NCBI GenBank assembly: GCA_050250895.1
Contig: JBFWNU010000001.1
Span: 744,008-808,007, forward strand
Origin: Vulcanimicrobiota bacterium
GTDB lineage: Bacteria > Vulcanimicrobiota > Xenobia > Xenobiales > JADMJV01
Length of the DNA stretch: 64,000 nt
Direction: 5' to 3'
Shown here: positions 9,953-20,031 of the stretch, one piece after another
Layout of the letters: the number at the start of each line of letters is the position of its first letter
Numbering within the stretch: the stretch's first letter is position 1
Program-made: the position numbers and the translations under genes
Notes under the pieces: generated by a model
What the model was told of the DNA's origin: nothing
What the model saw: only the letters and a program-made list of their open reading frames with translations
Databases searched by the model: none

Positions 9953-10540
9953 ATGAACCTGACCTTCTCTCTCGAACCGCTGGCCGTGAGCGGTGACCGG
10001 GTTACCCCGACCGATGAGCGCGAAGAGGTGCGCCGGTTGGTCTTGCGCCTGCAGGACGGAGACCGGGCCGCCCTCACGCCCCTGATCGAAAAGACCCAGG
10101 CCAGCGCCTATCGCATCGGTTACTCGGTGGCTCAAGACCATCATCTATGCCAGGATGCCGTCCAGGACGCCTACATCTCGTTGTTGCAAAACATCAAACA
10201 GCTCCGCGACCCCTCCGCCTTCGTCAGCTGGTTCACCCGCATCGTGGTCAATCGCTGCAAGCGCTTGCTCAAGCAACGCCGCCCTGCCTCCTTGACCGAA
10301 GTGGTCGAGCAGGGCAAAGGTCCATCCACCGACGGCCTCGAGGAGAAAGCCGGCCGGCGGCTGCAACTCAAGAAAGCCCTGCTGAGACTGACCGACACCG
10401 ATCGCACCATTCTGGCCCTGCGCGAAGTGCAGGGCTATAGCTATGAGGAGATCGCCACCATTCTCGACATTCCCCTGGGAACGGTCAAGTCGAGAGTAGC
10501 CAATGCTCGAAGGAGGCTGATCCAGGCTTATGACATGTGA
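9953..10540 (+). CDS. ECF-family RNA polymerase sigma factor
   Basis: DAVQDAY, FVSWFTRIVVNRC, YSYEEIATILDIPLGTVKSRVANAR. Confidence 0.93.
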   Translation: MNLTFSLEPLAVSGDRVTPTDEREEVRRLVLRLQDGDRAALTPLIEKTQASAYRIGYSVAQDHHLCQDAVQDAYISLLQNIKQLRDPSAFVSWFTRIVVNRCKRLLKQRRPASLTEVVEQGKGPSTDGLEEKAGRRLQLKKALLRLTDTDRTILALREVQGYSYEEIATILDIPLGTVKSRVANARRRLIQAYDM

Positions 10541-12677
10541 TCAGTGCTTTGAATCCCTGTCGGCGCAGCTTGACGGCCAGCTGGCCGGAGCCGAGCAAGA
10601 GGCCATGGACAGCCATCTCGAAAGCTGTCACTACTGCCAGACCATGCGCGACCGGATGTTCGAACTCTCGGGTCAGCTCAGGACTCAGTCTTTTCCGGCC
10701 ACTTCTGCCGAGACGGCCGCTCAGCTTTCGAAGCTGGCACTCGAGCAGGCCGGCCACCGCGGGGGGTGGTGGTGGGCTCGACTGGTGCGCGCCCCCGACG
10801 AGCTCGGCTGGTTGGGCACGTCGATTCGGTTGCTGCTGTTCACCTTCGTCACCTGGATGAGCGTCCTCAACCTGTTGCGAGACTGGGCCGTGCCGGCCTT
10901 CGAAAAAGGCGAATTGGTGGCCCGGGAAAGCTTTGCCCAGGCCCAGAGCTGGTCTCAATTCACTTCGTGGGCGAGTCTGCCCGCGTGGGCACCTGCCCTG
11001 GTCTTGCTGGTGGGAGCCTGGACCTTCGGCCTGCCCACTCTGCTCGGCGAACTGTGGAACGAGCCGCGAGTCAAGCCGGGTCGACCCATCCGATTGGCTC
11101 TGGGTCTGATGTTGATGGCTCCCGTGGCGGCTTTTCCTCGGCTGGCCCAGCTCAATCCGGCCGGCTTCGTGACGATGACCTGCGGGTGGGCCGGACTCGC
11201 CCTCGGACTCGGCTTTCTGCTGGTGCTGGTCAAGACTCCTCGCAGCCTACCCCAGCTGGCCCTGGACTTCGTGTGCCTGGTGCCACTGCTGGCCGGGCTG
11301 GAGTGGTTAGTGCGCCAGGCGGGTCGCCACGCCCCCGGCCCCGAGCAACTCGAGCCAGCTCTGCATCTTTTGCTGGCTCACGTCGACTTCCAACGGCTAG
11401 TCTGGTGGAGCCTGGCGATGGCGCTGGCGGTGGCCCTGGGAGTAGCGGCCGCGACCTCCCTGGCCAGCGCCGGGCGCGGAACCTGGTTCGAAGCCACCGT
11501 GCTGGGAGGCCTGGGTCTGGCCCTGGGGCTGGCTGGCCTGCATCAAATCAAGACTGCTCTTCCCCACGGTTCGCCACGGTTGGCCGAGGCCGACCAGCGG
11601 CGCGTGCTGGTGCTGGCTCCCGACCCTGACAATCGCTGGTTGGTGAGCGCTCGCGCCTATCCGCGGCTCGAGCTTGAGGGCTCGCCGGGGCACGACCTTT
11701 TGGGTCACAACCTGCGGCTGGCCCAGGCGGTCCTGGACTGGAACGAGCAAGCCGTTAGTGAGGAGGTCAGCCAGTGGGTGCGTGGCCCTGGCATCGATTG
11801 GGGTCTGGCCGGTTTTCTCGATGGGCTGGGAGAACGCCGCCAGGGACGGCTGGTGATGCCCACCACCCAACGTCGACTCCTGGCCGAAGAAGTACTCGAG
11901 CGCACCCATTGGCGCGGGATCGATGCGGTCGAGAAAGCCAGCTCGGGAACCACCGTCGAGGGCAAGCTGCAAGTGGCCCACGCCCAACCCACCCGGGTGC
12001 GACTGATACCCGAAGCGATCGGCCCCACCCTCGAGCTTCTGGCTCGGGAACAAGCTCAAGCTCGCCAGTTAGGGCAGGTGGTCATCCCTAGACCGCTGCC
12101 ACTTGCCTCCCAGACCCGCTTCGCCGAGGTCGACGAGCAGGGACGATTTCGCTTCGAGGCCGTCGCCCCAGGCCGCTACCTGATGGCCGTGTTGCTAGAT
12201 GGTCCGGCCGATTTCACCGTCCACTCCAGTCTGCCGGGGCAATTCGAGGTCGGCCCTCGACCTCTGGATTTGGGCGACATCGTTCTGACCCGCGCCCATT
12301 CGGAGCTGGAACTGAGCCTGGAGCCCGAGAGCTGGACGCCCGAGGGCAAGGTCGGCTTTCTGGCCGGTTCCGAGGGCCCTTATCTACGCCTCGAAACCGG
12401 CGCCTCGGCCTCCCGCTTCCTCGGCACCGTTCCCTATCTGGGCAAGACGGTTCGCTTTCAGCTGGTGAGTCGAGGCCGAGGGCGCTTGCGGGTCGGTCTC
12501 TATACCAAAGAGGCCGGACTCAAGGCCGAACAGACTTGCCGGCTCGAGGGAGACCGCAGCGTGCACGAGGTGGAACTCGAAGCGGGGTCGATGCCGGGCT
12601 ACTTTCGGGTCAGCCTGGAAAGTGACGAAGAACTGGTCGTCTACGGAGCCCGCCTGGAGGTCGCCGCCGATGACTGA
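10530..12677 (+). CDS. Zinc-finger (ZAS/zf-HC2) anti-sigma factor with multiple TM helices and a large C-terminal domain
   Basis: LSAQLDGQL...HLESCHYC (HxxxCxxC) directly after the ECF gene; several hydrophobic segments; beta-rich C-terminus (VDEQGRFRFEAVAPGRY). Confidence 0.8.
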   Translation: MTCDQCFESLSAQLDGQLAGAEQEAMDSHLESCHYCQTMRDRMFELSGQLRTQSFPATSAETAAQLSKLALEQAGHRGGWWWARLVRAPDELGWLGTSIRLLLFTFVTWMSVLNLLRDWAVPAFEKGELVARESFAQAQSWSQFTSWASLPAWAPALVLLVGAWTFGLPTLLGELWNEPRVKPGRPIRLALGLMLMAPVAAFPRLAQLNPAGFVTMTCGWAGLALGLGFLLVLVKTPRSLPQLALDFVCLVPLLAGLEWLVRQAGRHAPGPEQLEPALHLLLAHVDFQRLVWWSLAMALAVALGVAAATSLASAGRGTWFEATVLGGLGLALGLAGLHQIKTALPHGSPRLAEADQRRVLVLAPDPDNRWLVSARAYPRLELEGSPGHDLLGHNLRLAQAVLDWNEQAVSEEVSQWVRGPGIDWGLAGFLDGLGERRQGRLVMPTTQRRLLAEEVLERTHWRGIDAVEKASSGTTVEGKLQVAHAQPTRVRLIPEAIGPTLELLAREQAQARQLGQVVIPRPLPLASQTRFAEVDEQGRFRFEAVAPGRYLMAVLLDGPADFTVHSSLPGQFEVGPRPLDLGDIVLTRAHSELELSLEPESWTPEGKVGFLAGSEGPYLRLETGASASRFLGTVPYLGKTVRFQLVSRGRGRLRVGLYTKEAGLKAEQTCRLEGDRSVHEVELEAGSMPGYFRVSLESDEELVVYGARLEVAADD

Positions 12678-13968
12678 ACTCGCCCCCGGCACCCTGCTCG
12701 AGGGTCGCTACACCATCGTGGAACGGATCGCCTCGGGAGGCATGAGCACCGTCTACGAGGTGCGCGACCGGCGGCTTCCCGGCCGGCTCGTAGCCAAGCA
12801 AATGCGTCACGTGGTGCTGGGCAACGTGGCCAAAGAGCAGCTCGAGCAGCTCTTTCGACGCGAAGCCGAGGTTCTCTCGAGACTGAGCCACCCCAACCTG
12901 CCCAAAGTGACCGACTACTTCGAGAGCGATGGTCATCGCTATCTGGTCGAAGAGTTCGTCGAAGGCAAGACCCTGGAAGCCCGTGCCCGCGCCAATCTGA
13001 AAGAGAGTCAGGTGGTGGGATGGGCCCTTCAGATCTGTGGGGCCCTGCAGTATCTGCACGACCACGGCATCATCTATCGGGATCTCAAGCCCTCGAACGT
13101 GATGGTCACCGACGACGACGACATTCGCCTGATCGATTTTGGACTGGTTCGCTTCTACACCCTGGGCAAGGCCCAGGACACCGTCATCATGGGCACGCCC
13201 GGCTACGCGGCCCCCGAGCAATATGGTATGGGCCAGACCGACCCGCGCTCGGACATCTTCTCGCTGGGGGCCCTGATGCATCACCTGCTGACCGGTCACG
13301 ACCCCAGCTCGCGCCCCTTCGTCTTTGCCCCGCCCCGCCAACTCAACCCGCTGGTGTCTGAACATATCGACTTTGCCGTGCGCAAGGCCGTGCAGACCGA
13401 TCCCGAGCTGCGCTTTGAGTCGGCCGAGGCCATGGAGCAAGCCCTGCGCGGCCAGCGACCTGTCCCTCCTCAGGGCGAGCGCTTTGCTTTCGGTATCGAG
13501 GCCGAATCGCCCCGCTCCACCGTCGCCGCCAGTTTGGCCTGCCTGGGGGCAGGCGCCTTCGCCTGGATGGTGCTGGGCACGACCCCCGTCACCGCCTGCG
13601 TTACCCTGGGCTTCACCCCTTTGTGGTTGCTGACTCTGTGGCGGCGCTACTTCGAGCAGAAGCGGCTGGCCCGCACGGTCATTCGCCTCGAGCGAGACGG
13701 CATCGTCTTGCTCGAGGGGGGCGACATGGGTCGCTGGACCTGGAACCAGGTCAACGAAGTGCGCTTCGAGCATCGCCGCTTCGACCTGACGCCGATGCTG
13801 GTGATCAAGCTCGGCGAACGCTACCTGCGCCTGCCCATCGGTCCCCCCGAAGTGCTCGAGAATCTGTCGGAATTACGCGGTCTGATAGGCGCCGACCGCC
13901 TCAGCCGGGTCATCATCGATCGCGCCAATCTCGAGCTGAGTGAACCGGGCGGCCGCATCTACCGTTGA
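12670..13968 (+). CDS. Ser/Thr protein kinase with C-terminal TM pair and PH-like tail
   Basis: GGMSTVY, VAK, YRDLKPSN, DFG, GTPGYAAPEQ; ATG at 12670 overlaps the anti-sigma stop region. Confidence 0.93.
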   Translation: MTELAPGTLLEGRYTIVERIASGGMSTVYEVRDRRLPGRLVAKQMRHVVLGNVAKEQLEQLFRREAEVLSRLSHPNLPKVTDYFESDGHRYLVEEFVEGKTLEARARANLKESQVVGWALQICGALQYLHDHGIIYRDLKPSNVMVTDDDDIRLIDFGLVRFYTLGKAQDTVIMGTPGYAAPEQYGMGQTDPRSDIFSLGALMHHLLTGHDPSSRPFVFAPPRQLNPLVSEHIDFAVRKAVQTDPELRFESAEAMEQALRGQRPVPPQGERFAFGIEAESPRSTVAASLACLGAGAFAWMVLGTTPVTACVTLGFTPLWLLTLWRRYFEQKRLARTVIRLERDGIVLLEGGDMGRWTWNQVNEVRFEHRRFDLTPMLVIKLGERYLRLPIGPPEVLENLSELRGLIGADRLSRVIIDRANLELSEPGGRIYR

Positions 13969-14027
13969 GCTCCAGGAAGGATGTCGGTGCCCAGGCAGCG
14001 GAATAGTCGCTTTGTGGAGGACAGAAT

Positions 14028-14978
14028 ATGACTTTGCGAACCACTCTTGCCATGCTCACGCTGCTGGGGTTGCTGGCCGGCTGCAATCCTCAGACCGGCC
14101 CCGGCGCCAACACACCCGGCCAGACGGGCACACCGGTCGCCAACGAGACCGCCGCCGTCCCTTCCGATTGGGTCGAGTTCAAGTCGCCCGACGGCATGTT
14201 CTCCATCAAATCGCCCGGGCTGAACGTCCGCGAAAGTGAGGGCGACGAAGCCACCTATGTCTCTGAGGACAACAACTATACCGTCGTCGTCTATCCGTCA
14301 GACCGTGACGCCACTCCGGAAGACCAGCTCAAATACGCCCAGAAGAAGAGTCTCGAGGGGCTCGAAGGTGAACCCAAAGTTGCCTTCGACGATGAGGTCA
14401 ACTCGTTTCCGCGTCGCCAGTGGAGCGGGGACTTCAAGGCTGGCGATGCGGGCGTGCCGGTCGAGGGTGTAGCCGTGCTAGTAGGCGGCAAGAAGGTCCT
14501 CATCGCGACGGCTCGCAACAAGCCTCGCGAGGGCAAGGCCTTCGTCGACTCCCTCAAAATCCTGGTCGAGGGAGAACTGTGGCTCGACTTTGCTGACCCT
14601 GACGGCGTCTTCGAAGTCAAAGCTCCGTCTGTGCTCGACAGCCAGGACGCCAAAGACGGCAAAGTCTATTTTAGCCCAGACGGCTACGTGGTCAAGGTCA
14701 GTCCGCTTGACCTCAAAGGGAAATCCCCTGAGGAGTTCCTCAAGGGACTGGCCCCCCAGTATGCCAGCGCCAACAAGGGCAAGGTAGTCTCCGAAAAGGC
14801 TTTGAAAGTGGCGGGCCGGCCAGCCTATCGGTTTGGTTACGACGCTCCCTCGCCGGCCGATGCCACTAAAACGACCCACACCGATGTGCTGGCCGTGGCC
14901 GCCGAGAAACATCTGGTAGTAGCTATGACCTTCGGGGGCGACGCCGACCGGTTCTTCAACTCCCTGAACCTCAAGTAG
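14028..14978 (+). CDS. Lipoprotein with two tandem PsbP/DcrB-like domains
   Basis: GGAGG RBS; lipobox LLAGC; internal repeat WVEFKSPDGMFSIKSP / WLDFADPDGVFEVKAP. Confidence 0.7.
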   Translation: MTLRTTLAMLTLLGLLAGCNPQTGPGANTPGQTGTPVANETAAVPSDWVEFKSPDGMFSIKSPGLNVRESEGDEATYVSEDNNYTVVVYPSDRDATPEDQLKYAQKKSLEGLEGEPKVAFDDEVNSFPRRQWSGDFKAGDAGVPVEGVAVLVGGKKVLIATARNKPREGKAFVDSLKILVEGELWLDFADPDGVFEVKAPSVLDSQDAKDGKVYFSPDGYVVKVSPLDLKGKSPEEFLKGLAPQYASANKGKVVSEKALKVAGRPAYRFGYDAPSPADATKTTHTDVLAVAAEKHLVVAMTFGGDADRFFNSLNLK

Positions 14979-15439
14979 TGAAGGCAGACAAGCCACTCCC
15001 GAGACTGCTTGCCCGCCTGCTGGTCGGAGGGGTCTTCGTCTATGCGGGTGCGCCCAAGGTGGTCCACGTCGAGCAATTTGCTCTGGCCGTGAGCAACTAT
15101 CGACTGCTACCTGAGAATCTGGTCAGCCTGGTAGCCCTCATTGTCCCCTGGCTCGAGGTGGTGATAGGGGTCTGTCTGCTGGCCGGGCTACTGACGCGAG
15201 CGGCCGCCTGGCTGAGCGCGTTGCTCTCGGGCGCCTTCGCAGCGGCCGTCGCCTCGGCCGTCGTACGGGGGTTAGATATCGAGTGCGGATGCTTTAGTGG
15301 ACCGGCCCCGGTCGATTGGCCCCACGTGGGCTTCAACCTGCTGACTCTGGCTGTCTCACTCTATCTCGCCCGAGTGGGGGCCGGCGCCTGGTCGGCCGAT
15401 TGCCGCTGGCAACTCGACGAGACTCCCTTGGAAGACTGA
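14978..15439 (+). CDS. DoxX/MauE-family membrane protein
   Basis: RLLVGGVFVYAG.PK, PWLEVVIG, RGLDIECGCF. Confidence 0.85.
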   Translation: MKADKPLPRLLARLLVGGVFVYAGAPKVVHVEQFALAVSNYRLLPENLVSLVALIVPWLEVVIGVCLLAGLLTRAAAWLSALLSGAFAAAVASAVVRGLDIECGCFSGPAPVDWPHVGFNLLTLAVSLYLARVGAGAWSADCRWQLDETPLED

Positions 15440-15443
15440 GCCC

Positions 15444-18400
15444 TCACGACAAGCCATCCAGGGCTTTCCGGGCCTCGCTATTGTTGGGCTCGAGTTCTAA
15501 CAGCCTTTCGAGCGACGCCCGGGCCCCGGAGACATCCCCCGCCTCACGCTGAAACTTGGCCAGGCGCAACCACTCGCGGGGGGTGTCTGGCACCAATTCC
15601 AGAAAGCGTTGCTGGGACCTGATGGCGGCCTGAAGGTCACCCGCCTGGTGGTGCGCGAAGGCGTCTCCCAGGATGGCAAAAGGCTGGTAAGGATTGATCT
15701 CGAGAGCCTTGTCAATGACCCGGCGACCGGCCTCATGCTGACCCAGGTTCAAATGGCCCTGCCCCAAAAAGGCCAGGGCGAGCGCGTCCTGGGGATCGGC
15801 CTCGAAGGCGGCTCGGAAGGCTCCGACGGACTCGCTCGCCTGCCCCAGGCGATAATAGCATTCACCGACTCTCATCCAGAGGCGATGCTCAGAGCCGGGT
15901 AGCGGCCGGTAGAGTGCCACCCGGAACAGGTCGACAGCCTTGGCAAAGTTCCCCTGAGAATACTCCAATTCGCCCCACATGGCGGCGGCCAGGGGGTGAC
16001 CCGGACTGCGCTTGAGGACGTCGCGGTAACAAACCCGAGCCATCTGCAGAGCCTCGACCTTAGGAACATCGGTCCGCTGTTCGTTGCAAAGACCCCGGGC
16101 CACCAGCACATCGTCAAGATCTTCGTTCAACTCGTTGAGAGTGGCTAATGCTCGCGGAACGTTGAACAGTTGGGCCTCGGCCATGGCGGCTTTGGCCAGT
16201 CGCTCGGGTGTCGCCTCGATCCCGGGGGGCAGGCTTCCCTGAGCCAACGACTCGATGAAGCGATAGTTGCGAGTCCAGAGGTCGCGAGAGTAGAGGCTCA
16301 GGGGAGCCGAGAACTCGAGCAGGGGCCGATTGTCGGTATTGAGCGGCGCGTCTTTGACCCGAGGCCAGACCTGATCGCGGCTACAAAGGTAGAAGCCCCA
16401 CAAAACATCGGGCGTGAAGACACCCATCTCGTAAAACTCGCGCTGGTGTTCAGGGTCCGCATCGATATACTGGCGAATACGCGAGGCGTCGATGATGAAC
16501 GGCTTGCGGCTGCCGAGCAGAATCAGGTCACCTCCGTCAGACTGCCACACCTGCCCTTCGGGGAACACATCATAGAAGCTGTGAAGGACCATCTGAATGT
16601 CGTCGGTGTTGACGGCATAGAGATTGAACCATTGGCACATGATCCCATCGGGATTGAGCCGATCCAGGGCGCGAAAATAGAAGTCGCGGGTGAACAGGTT
16701 GCCGACTCCTGCGATCCAGGGGTTGGACGGCTCGCTGATGAGCACGTCGAACTTCTGCTCGGCTCCCAACACGAAAGTCCGTCCGTCGGTCAGATGGACC
16801 TCAACCCGAGGGTCTTCGAGCACCCGACCGTTGTGGGGCTTCCAATACTCTCCCACCTGATAGACGGCTGGCTCGAGTTCAGCGCAGATGATCTGCTCGA
16901 CTCCAGGGCAGGCCGCGACCGCCTGCAAGGTAAACCCGGCCCCCAGGCCGATGACACCGACACGTTTTGGGGCGGGATGGAACAACGTGGGAAGATAGCC
17001 CAGAAAATATTGGGTTCGTTCGTCGCGCGAGCCGGTCGAAGCGTCGGTTTTGCCGTTCACCCTCAGTGAGAGAGTCTCGAAGAAACCGCTAGAAAAGGTC
17101 AGGGTGACGGTGGCGCTCAAACCGTCCACGAAGACGGCCGGGTCGGGGAAGCGCAACTCGCGCTTGTCGGCGGGGTCGAGAAAGGCCTCGGGATGCACAG
17201 CCACGCCCGCTCCCATCACTCCGGTGCTCCATCCCGGCACATTCCAGGCCAACAGCGCCAAAAAAGGAATAGCCACTGCCGCGGGCCAGCGCACTCGGCT
17301 GGGCTCGAGTAGAACCATCAGGAGGGCGCAACCCAGGTAGATCAGAGTGGCTATCTGCAGCGACCATTGTGCCCCCACCTGAGGAATGATCACAAACCCC
17401 GTGATGAATGCTCCCATGATACAGCCCAGAGTGTTGGCGGAGTAAACGTCTCCGACGCTCCGTCCCAGACGCCCGAGGCCCCCCGCATAGACCGCGGTAG
17501 CCAGGGGAAACCCCAACCCCATCAGGAAGGTGGGCGGACCCAACACCAGAAAAGACAGGGCCACATCCACCGTCAACACCCCGACGAAGCTCTCGCCGCC
17601 CAACATGGTCAGGGCTTTGATAAAGAGTCGTGGCAGATAACCGAGCGTGGGAATGGTCAGACCCCCGCCCACCGCGATCAAAAGGTAGAGAACGCCTAGA
17701 TGATACGCGCGCGGCGTGCCTCGCCGAGCTAGACTCGCGTAAACCAGGCTGCCCAGTCCCAGTCCAGTCAGGAAGCACACCAGAATCGTCGAAAAGGCAT
17801 AGATGGATGAACCCAACGAGAGGGCCAGGGCTCGATTCCAGCCCACCTGGTAACTCATCGAAGCGATGCCCGCCAGGCAGAAGGTGAAGGGTACGGCCAG
17901 GCCCTTTAGCGCGAAGCGCTCTTCTCCGACGGTGGTTGCCGTCTGGTCGTCGGCCTCGCCTTGAACCGTGTTTTCCTGGCTGACGACCACCGCCCCGTAG
18001 CCGATCAGGAGATTGACCAGCGCGGTCAGCAACATCGACGGAATCAGACCCAGGACCGGAAGCAACACGAAGCCCCCCAGTCCCGCCCCCAGCACGGCCC
18101 CGAGCGTGTTAAGGCCATAGAGCCTCGAGAGAACGCGACCCAGGTCCTGGCGCTGCTGGACCAGCAAGCGAGTCAGGAGCGGTACGGTCGCTCCCATGGC
18201 CGTGGTCGGTGGCACCAGCACCAGAGCCGCCCCGAAAAAGCAGGCGACATGCAGCGGTGTGCCGTCCACGCCGGAACTGGCCAGGGCCACATAGCCCTTT
18301 TCGACCAGACCCAGCAAGGGCAAAGTCAAAAAGGCCCAGCCTCCGACGAAGGCTTCAAGCCAACCGTAGTAGGCCAGAAAACGAGAGGCAGGCACCTGGC

Positions 18401-18623
18401 CCGAGCGCGAGTCCGACCACCGGCCGGCCGCCATACTGCCCAGGGCCAGGCCGGCCATGAAGGCCGTTAGCACGGTCGAAACCGCCAAGACCGTATGCCC
18501 ATAGGTCAGGGTCAAGCGTCGGGTCCACAAGACCTGATAGATCAAGCCGGTAGCACCCGAGAAAAAGAAAAACAGCTGCGACCAGGCCAGCAAAGTGGTC
18601 AAGCGAGAGGAGGGTCGAGCCAT
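15444..18623 (-). CDS. Fused MFS-like membrane domain / spermidine synthase-like domain with C-terminal TPRs
   Basis: FFFSGATGLIYQVLWTR, many TM helices, VNGKTDAS, IGLGAGFT, FDVLISEPSNPW, TPR-like tail. Confidence 0.85.
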   Translation of the reverse strand: MARPSSRLTTLLAWSQLFFFFSGATGLIYQVLWTRRLTLTYGHTVLAVSTVLTAFMAGLALGSMAAGRWSDSRSGQVPASRFLAYYGWLEAFVGGWAFLTLPLLGLVEKGYVALASSGVDGTPLHVACFFGAALVLVPPTTAMGATVPLLTRLLVQQRQDLGRVLSRLYGLNTLGAVLGAGLGGFVLLPVLGLIPSMLLTALVNLLIGYGAVVVSQENTVQGEADDQTATTVGEERFALKGLAVPFTFCLAGIASMSYQVGWNRALALSLGSSIYAFSTILVCFLTGLGLGSLVYASLARRGTPRAYHLGVLYLLIAVGGGLTIPTLGYLPRLFIKALTMLGGESFVGVLTVDVALSFLVLGPPTFLMGLGFPLATAVYAGGLGRLGRSVGDVYSANTLGCIMGAFITGFVIIPQVGAQWSLQIATLIYLGCALLMVLLEPSRVRWPAAVAIPFLALLAWNVPGWSTGVMGAGVAVHPEAFLDPADKRELRFPDPAVFVDGLSATVTLTFSSGFFETLSLRVNGKTDASTGSRDERTQYFLGYLPTLFHPAPKRVGVIGLGAGFTLQAVAACPGVEQIICAELEPAVYQVGEYWKPHNGRVLEDPRVEVHLTDGRTFVLGAEQKFDVLISEPSNPWIAGVGNLFTRDFYFRALDRLNPDGIMCQWFNLYAVNTDDIQMVLHSFYDVFPEGQVWQSDGGDLILLGSRKPFIIDASRIRQYIDADPEHQREFYEMGVFTPDVLWGFYLCSRDQVWPRVKDAPLNTDNRPLLEFSAPLSLYSRDLWTRNYRFIESLAQGSLPPGIEATPERLAKAAMAEAQLFNVPRALATLNELNEDLDDVLVARGLCNEQRTDVPKVEALQMARVCYRDVLKRSPGHPLAAAMWGELEYSQGNFAKAVDLFRVALYRPLPGSEHRLWMRVGECYYRLGQASESVGAFRAAFEADPQDALALAFLGQGHLNLGQHEAGRRVIDKALEINPYQPFAILGDAFAHHQAGDLQAAIRSQQRFLELVPDTPREWLRLAKFQREAGDVSGARASLERLLELEPNNSEARKALDGLS

Positions 18624-18693
18624 GCTGGGTGGACAATTCCAGCAACCCCGGTCTCTCCCTCTTCCTGCCGCGGGTGACAGATCGACAGTAGCG

Positions 18694-18702
18694 TGCTATG
18701 AT
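18694..18702 (+). promoter_or_regulatory. Extended -10 promoter element (probably leaderless mRNA)
   Basis: TG-C-TATGAT followed by 6 nt and the ATG at 18709; no SD. Confidence 0.5.
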
Positions 18703-18708
18703 GCTCGA

Positions 18709-19284
18709 ATGAAAAGGCTAATGATCCTGGTGGTCATGTTCTGGTTGACCGGATGCGGCGTGTTTCGGGTTGCGGTTCCCACCCTGCTTGACCGCGATCC
18801 TGGATTCACGTTCACCCTACCGCGCGACTTCGCCAGCGACGCCAGCGGCAAGAACAACGAGACGGAGGGGGCCTGGTCGGATTCGGCCCAGAACGGCAGA
18901 ATTCTCATCAGAACGATTCGCCTCAACCCTCCTCAGCAAGACATCGCCGCTCAGACCAAGCTCTACGGCGAGCAATATCTGGTCCAGATCGAGAAGAACC
19001 CCGACTTCACCGATACGGTCGTCGACAAGCACGGCGTGATCAAGCTTGCCGACCACGACGCCTACGAATATATCTACACGGCTAAAAAGGCTCAGGCCCG
19101 CTGGCGCCGTCGCATCATCGCGGTGAGCCCCTACGATCCCGCTTTGATGGTCGACATGGAGCTGAGTGCCCTGGCCGGAACCCAGGATAAGTATGAATCT
19201 CCCTTCGACGATATGCTAGACTCTTGGAAGTGGGTCGACAAGAAAGGCGCTTCGGAAGAGGCGGGCAGCACCGAGAAGAAGTAG
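18709..19284 (+). CDS. Lipoprotein, PsbP/DcrB-like
   Basis: MKRLMILVVMFWLTGC lipobox; FTFTLP...FDDMLDSWKW pattern. Confidence 0.7.
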   Translation: MKRLMILVVMFWLTGCGVFRVAVPTLLDRDPGFTFTLPRDFASDASGKNNETEGAWSDSAQNGRILIRTIRLNPPQQDIAAQTKLYGEQYLVQIEKNPDFTDTVVDKHGVIKLADHDAYEYIYTAKKAQARWRRRIIAVSPYDPALMVDMELSALAGTQDKYESPFDDMLDSWKWVDKKGASEEAGSTEKK

Positions 19285-19290
19285 GTTCGC

Positions 19291-20031
19291 GTGAATAAGG
19301 GTACGACCATACTGTTGGTGGCGTTCCTGATGCTCAACACCGGGTTTATCGCTTATCAGATCGGCTACCGGAATGGCCAGGCAACCGGCCCGGCGGTGGC
19401 TGCCTCGCCCGCGGCCCCGGCTTCGCCCCAGGGAACCACCCGCTTGACGCTGACCCCGGCGACCTTGCAATTGGGCAAGCTTCACCAGAATCAAAAGCTC
19501 GAAAGCAAAGTCGTCTATAAGAATGAGGGCCAGCAAACACTGGCTATCACCCAGGTGGACACAAACTGCGGCTGCACTATCCCCGACCTGCCCAAGAAGG
19601 TGTTGGCGCCTGGCGAGTCGGGCGAAATGACGGTCAAATTCGATGCCGGCATGATCCCGGGCCCCTTTGAAAAGCTGGTGACTATCAGCTATAACGGTGA
19701 GCCACCCCAACTCGAACTAAAACTCGTCGGAGAAGTCGAGCCCGTGGTGGCCGTGATGCCCGGCATCGTCAAACTCGGCGTGGGCCAGAGCAAGACTTTT
19801 CAGATGATCGGGACGACTCTCGATACCCGTTTCAAGATCGAAAAGATCGAGACCGGAGTCGAAGGCCTCGAGGTCAAAGTCACTCGCAAGATCGGGGACA
19901 ACGCCTACGAACTGACAGCCTCGGTGACCAAACCCCTTCCCAAACTCGAGCAGACCAATGCCTTCAAGATTGAAATCTACACCGACCTGGCCGAAATGGG
20001 GCCATTTCCCTTCTTCGTGATGCCCCAATGA
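19291..20031 (+). CDS. DUF1573-domain (Ig-like) membrane-anchored protein
   Basis: N-terminal TM; KNEGQQTLAITQVDTNCGCTIP...LAPGESG, the DUF1573 signature. Confidence 0.85.
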   Translation: MNKGTTILLVAFLMLNTGFIAYQIGYRNGQATGPAVAASPAAPASPQGTTRLTLTPATLQLGKLHQNQKLESKVVYKNEGQQTLAITQVDTNCGCTIPDLPKKVLAPGESGEMTVKFDAGMIPGPFEKLVTISYNGEPPQLELKLVGEVEPVVAVMPGIVKLGVGQSKTFQMIGTTLDTRFKIEKIETGVEGLEVKVTRKIGDNAYELTASVTKPLPKLEQTNAFKIEIYTDLAEMGPFPFFVMPQ

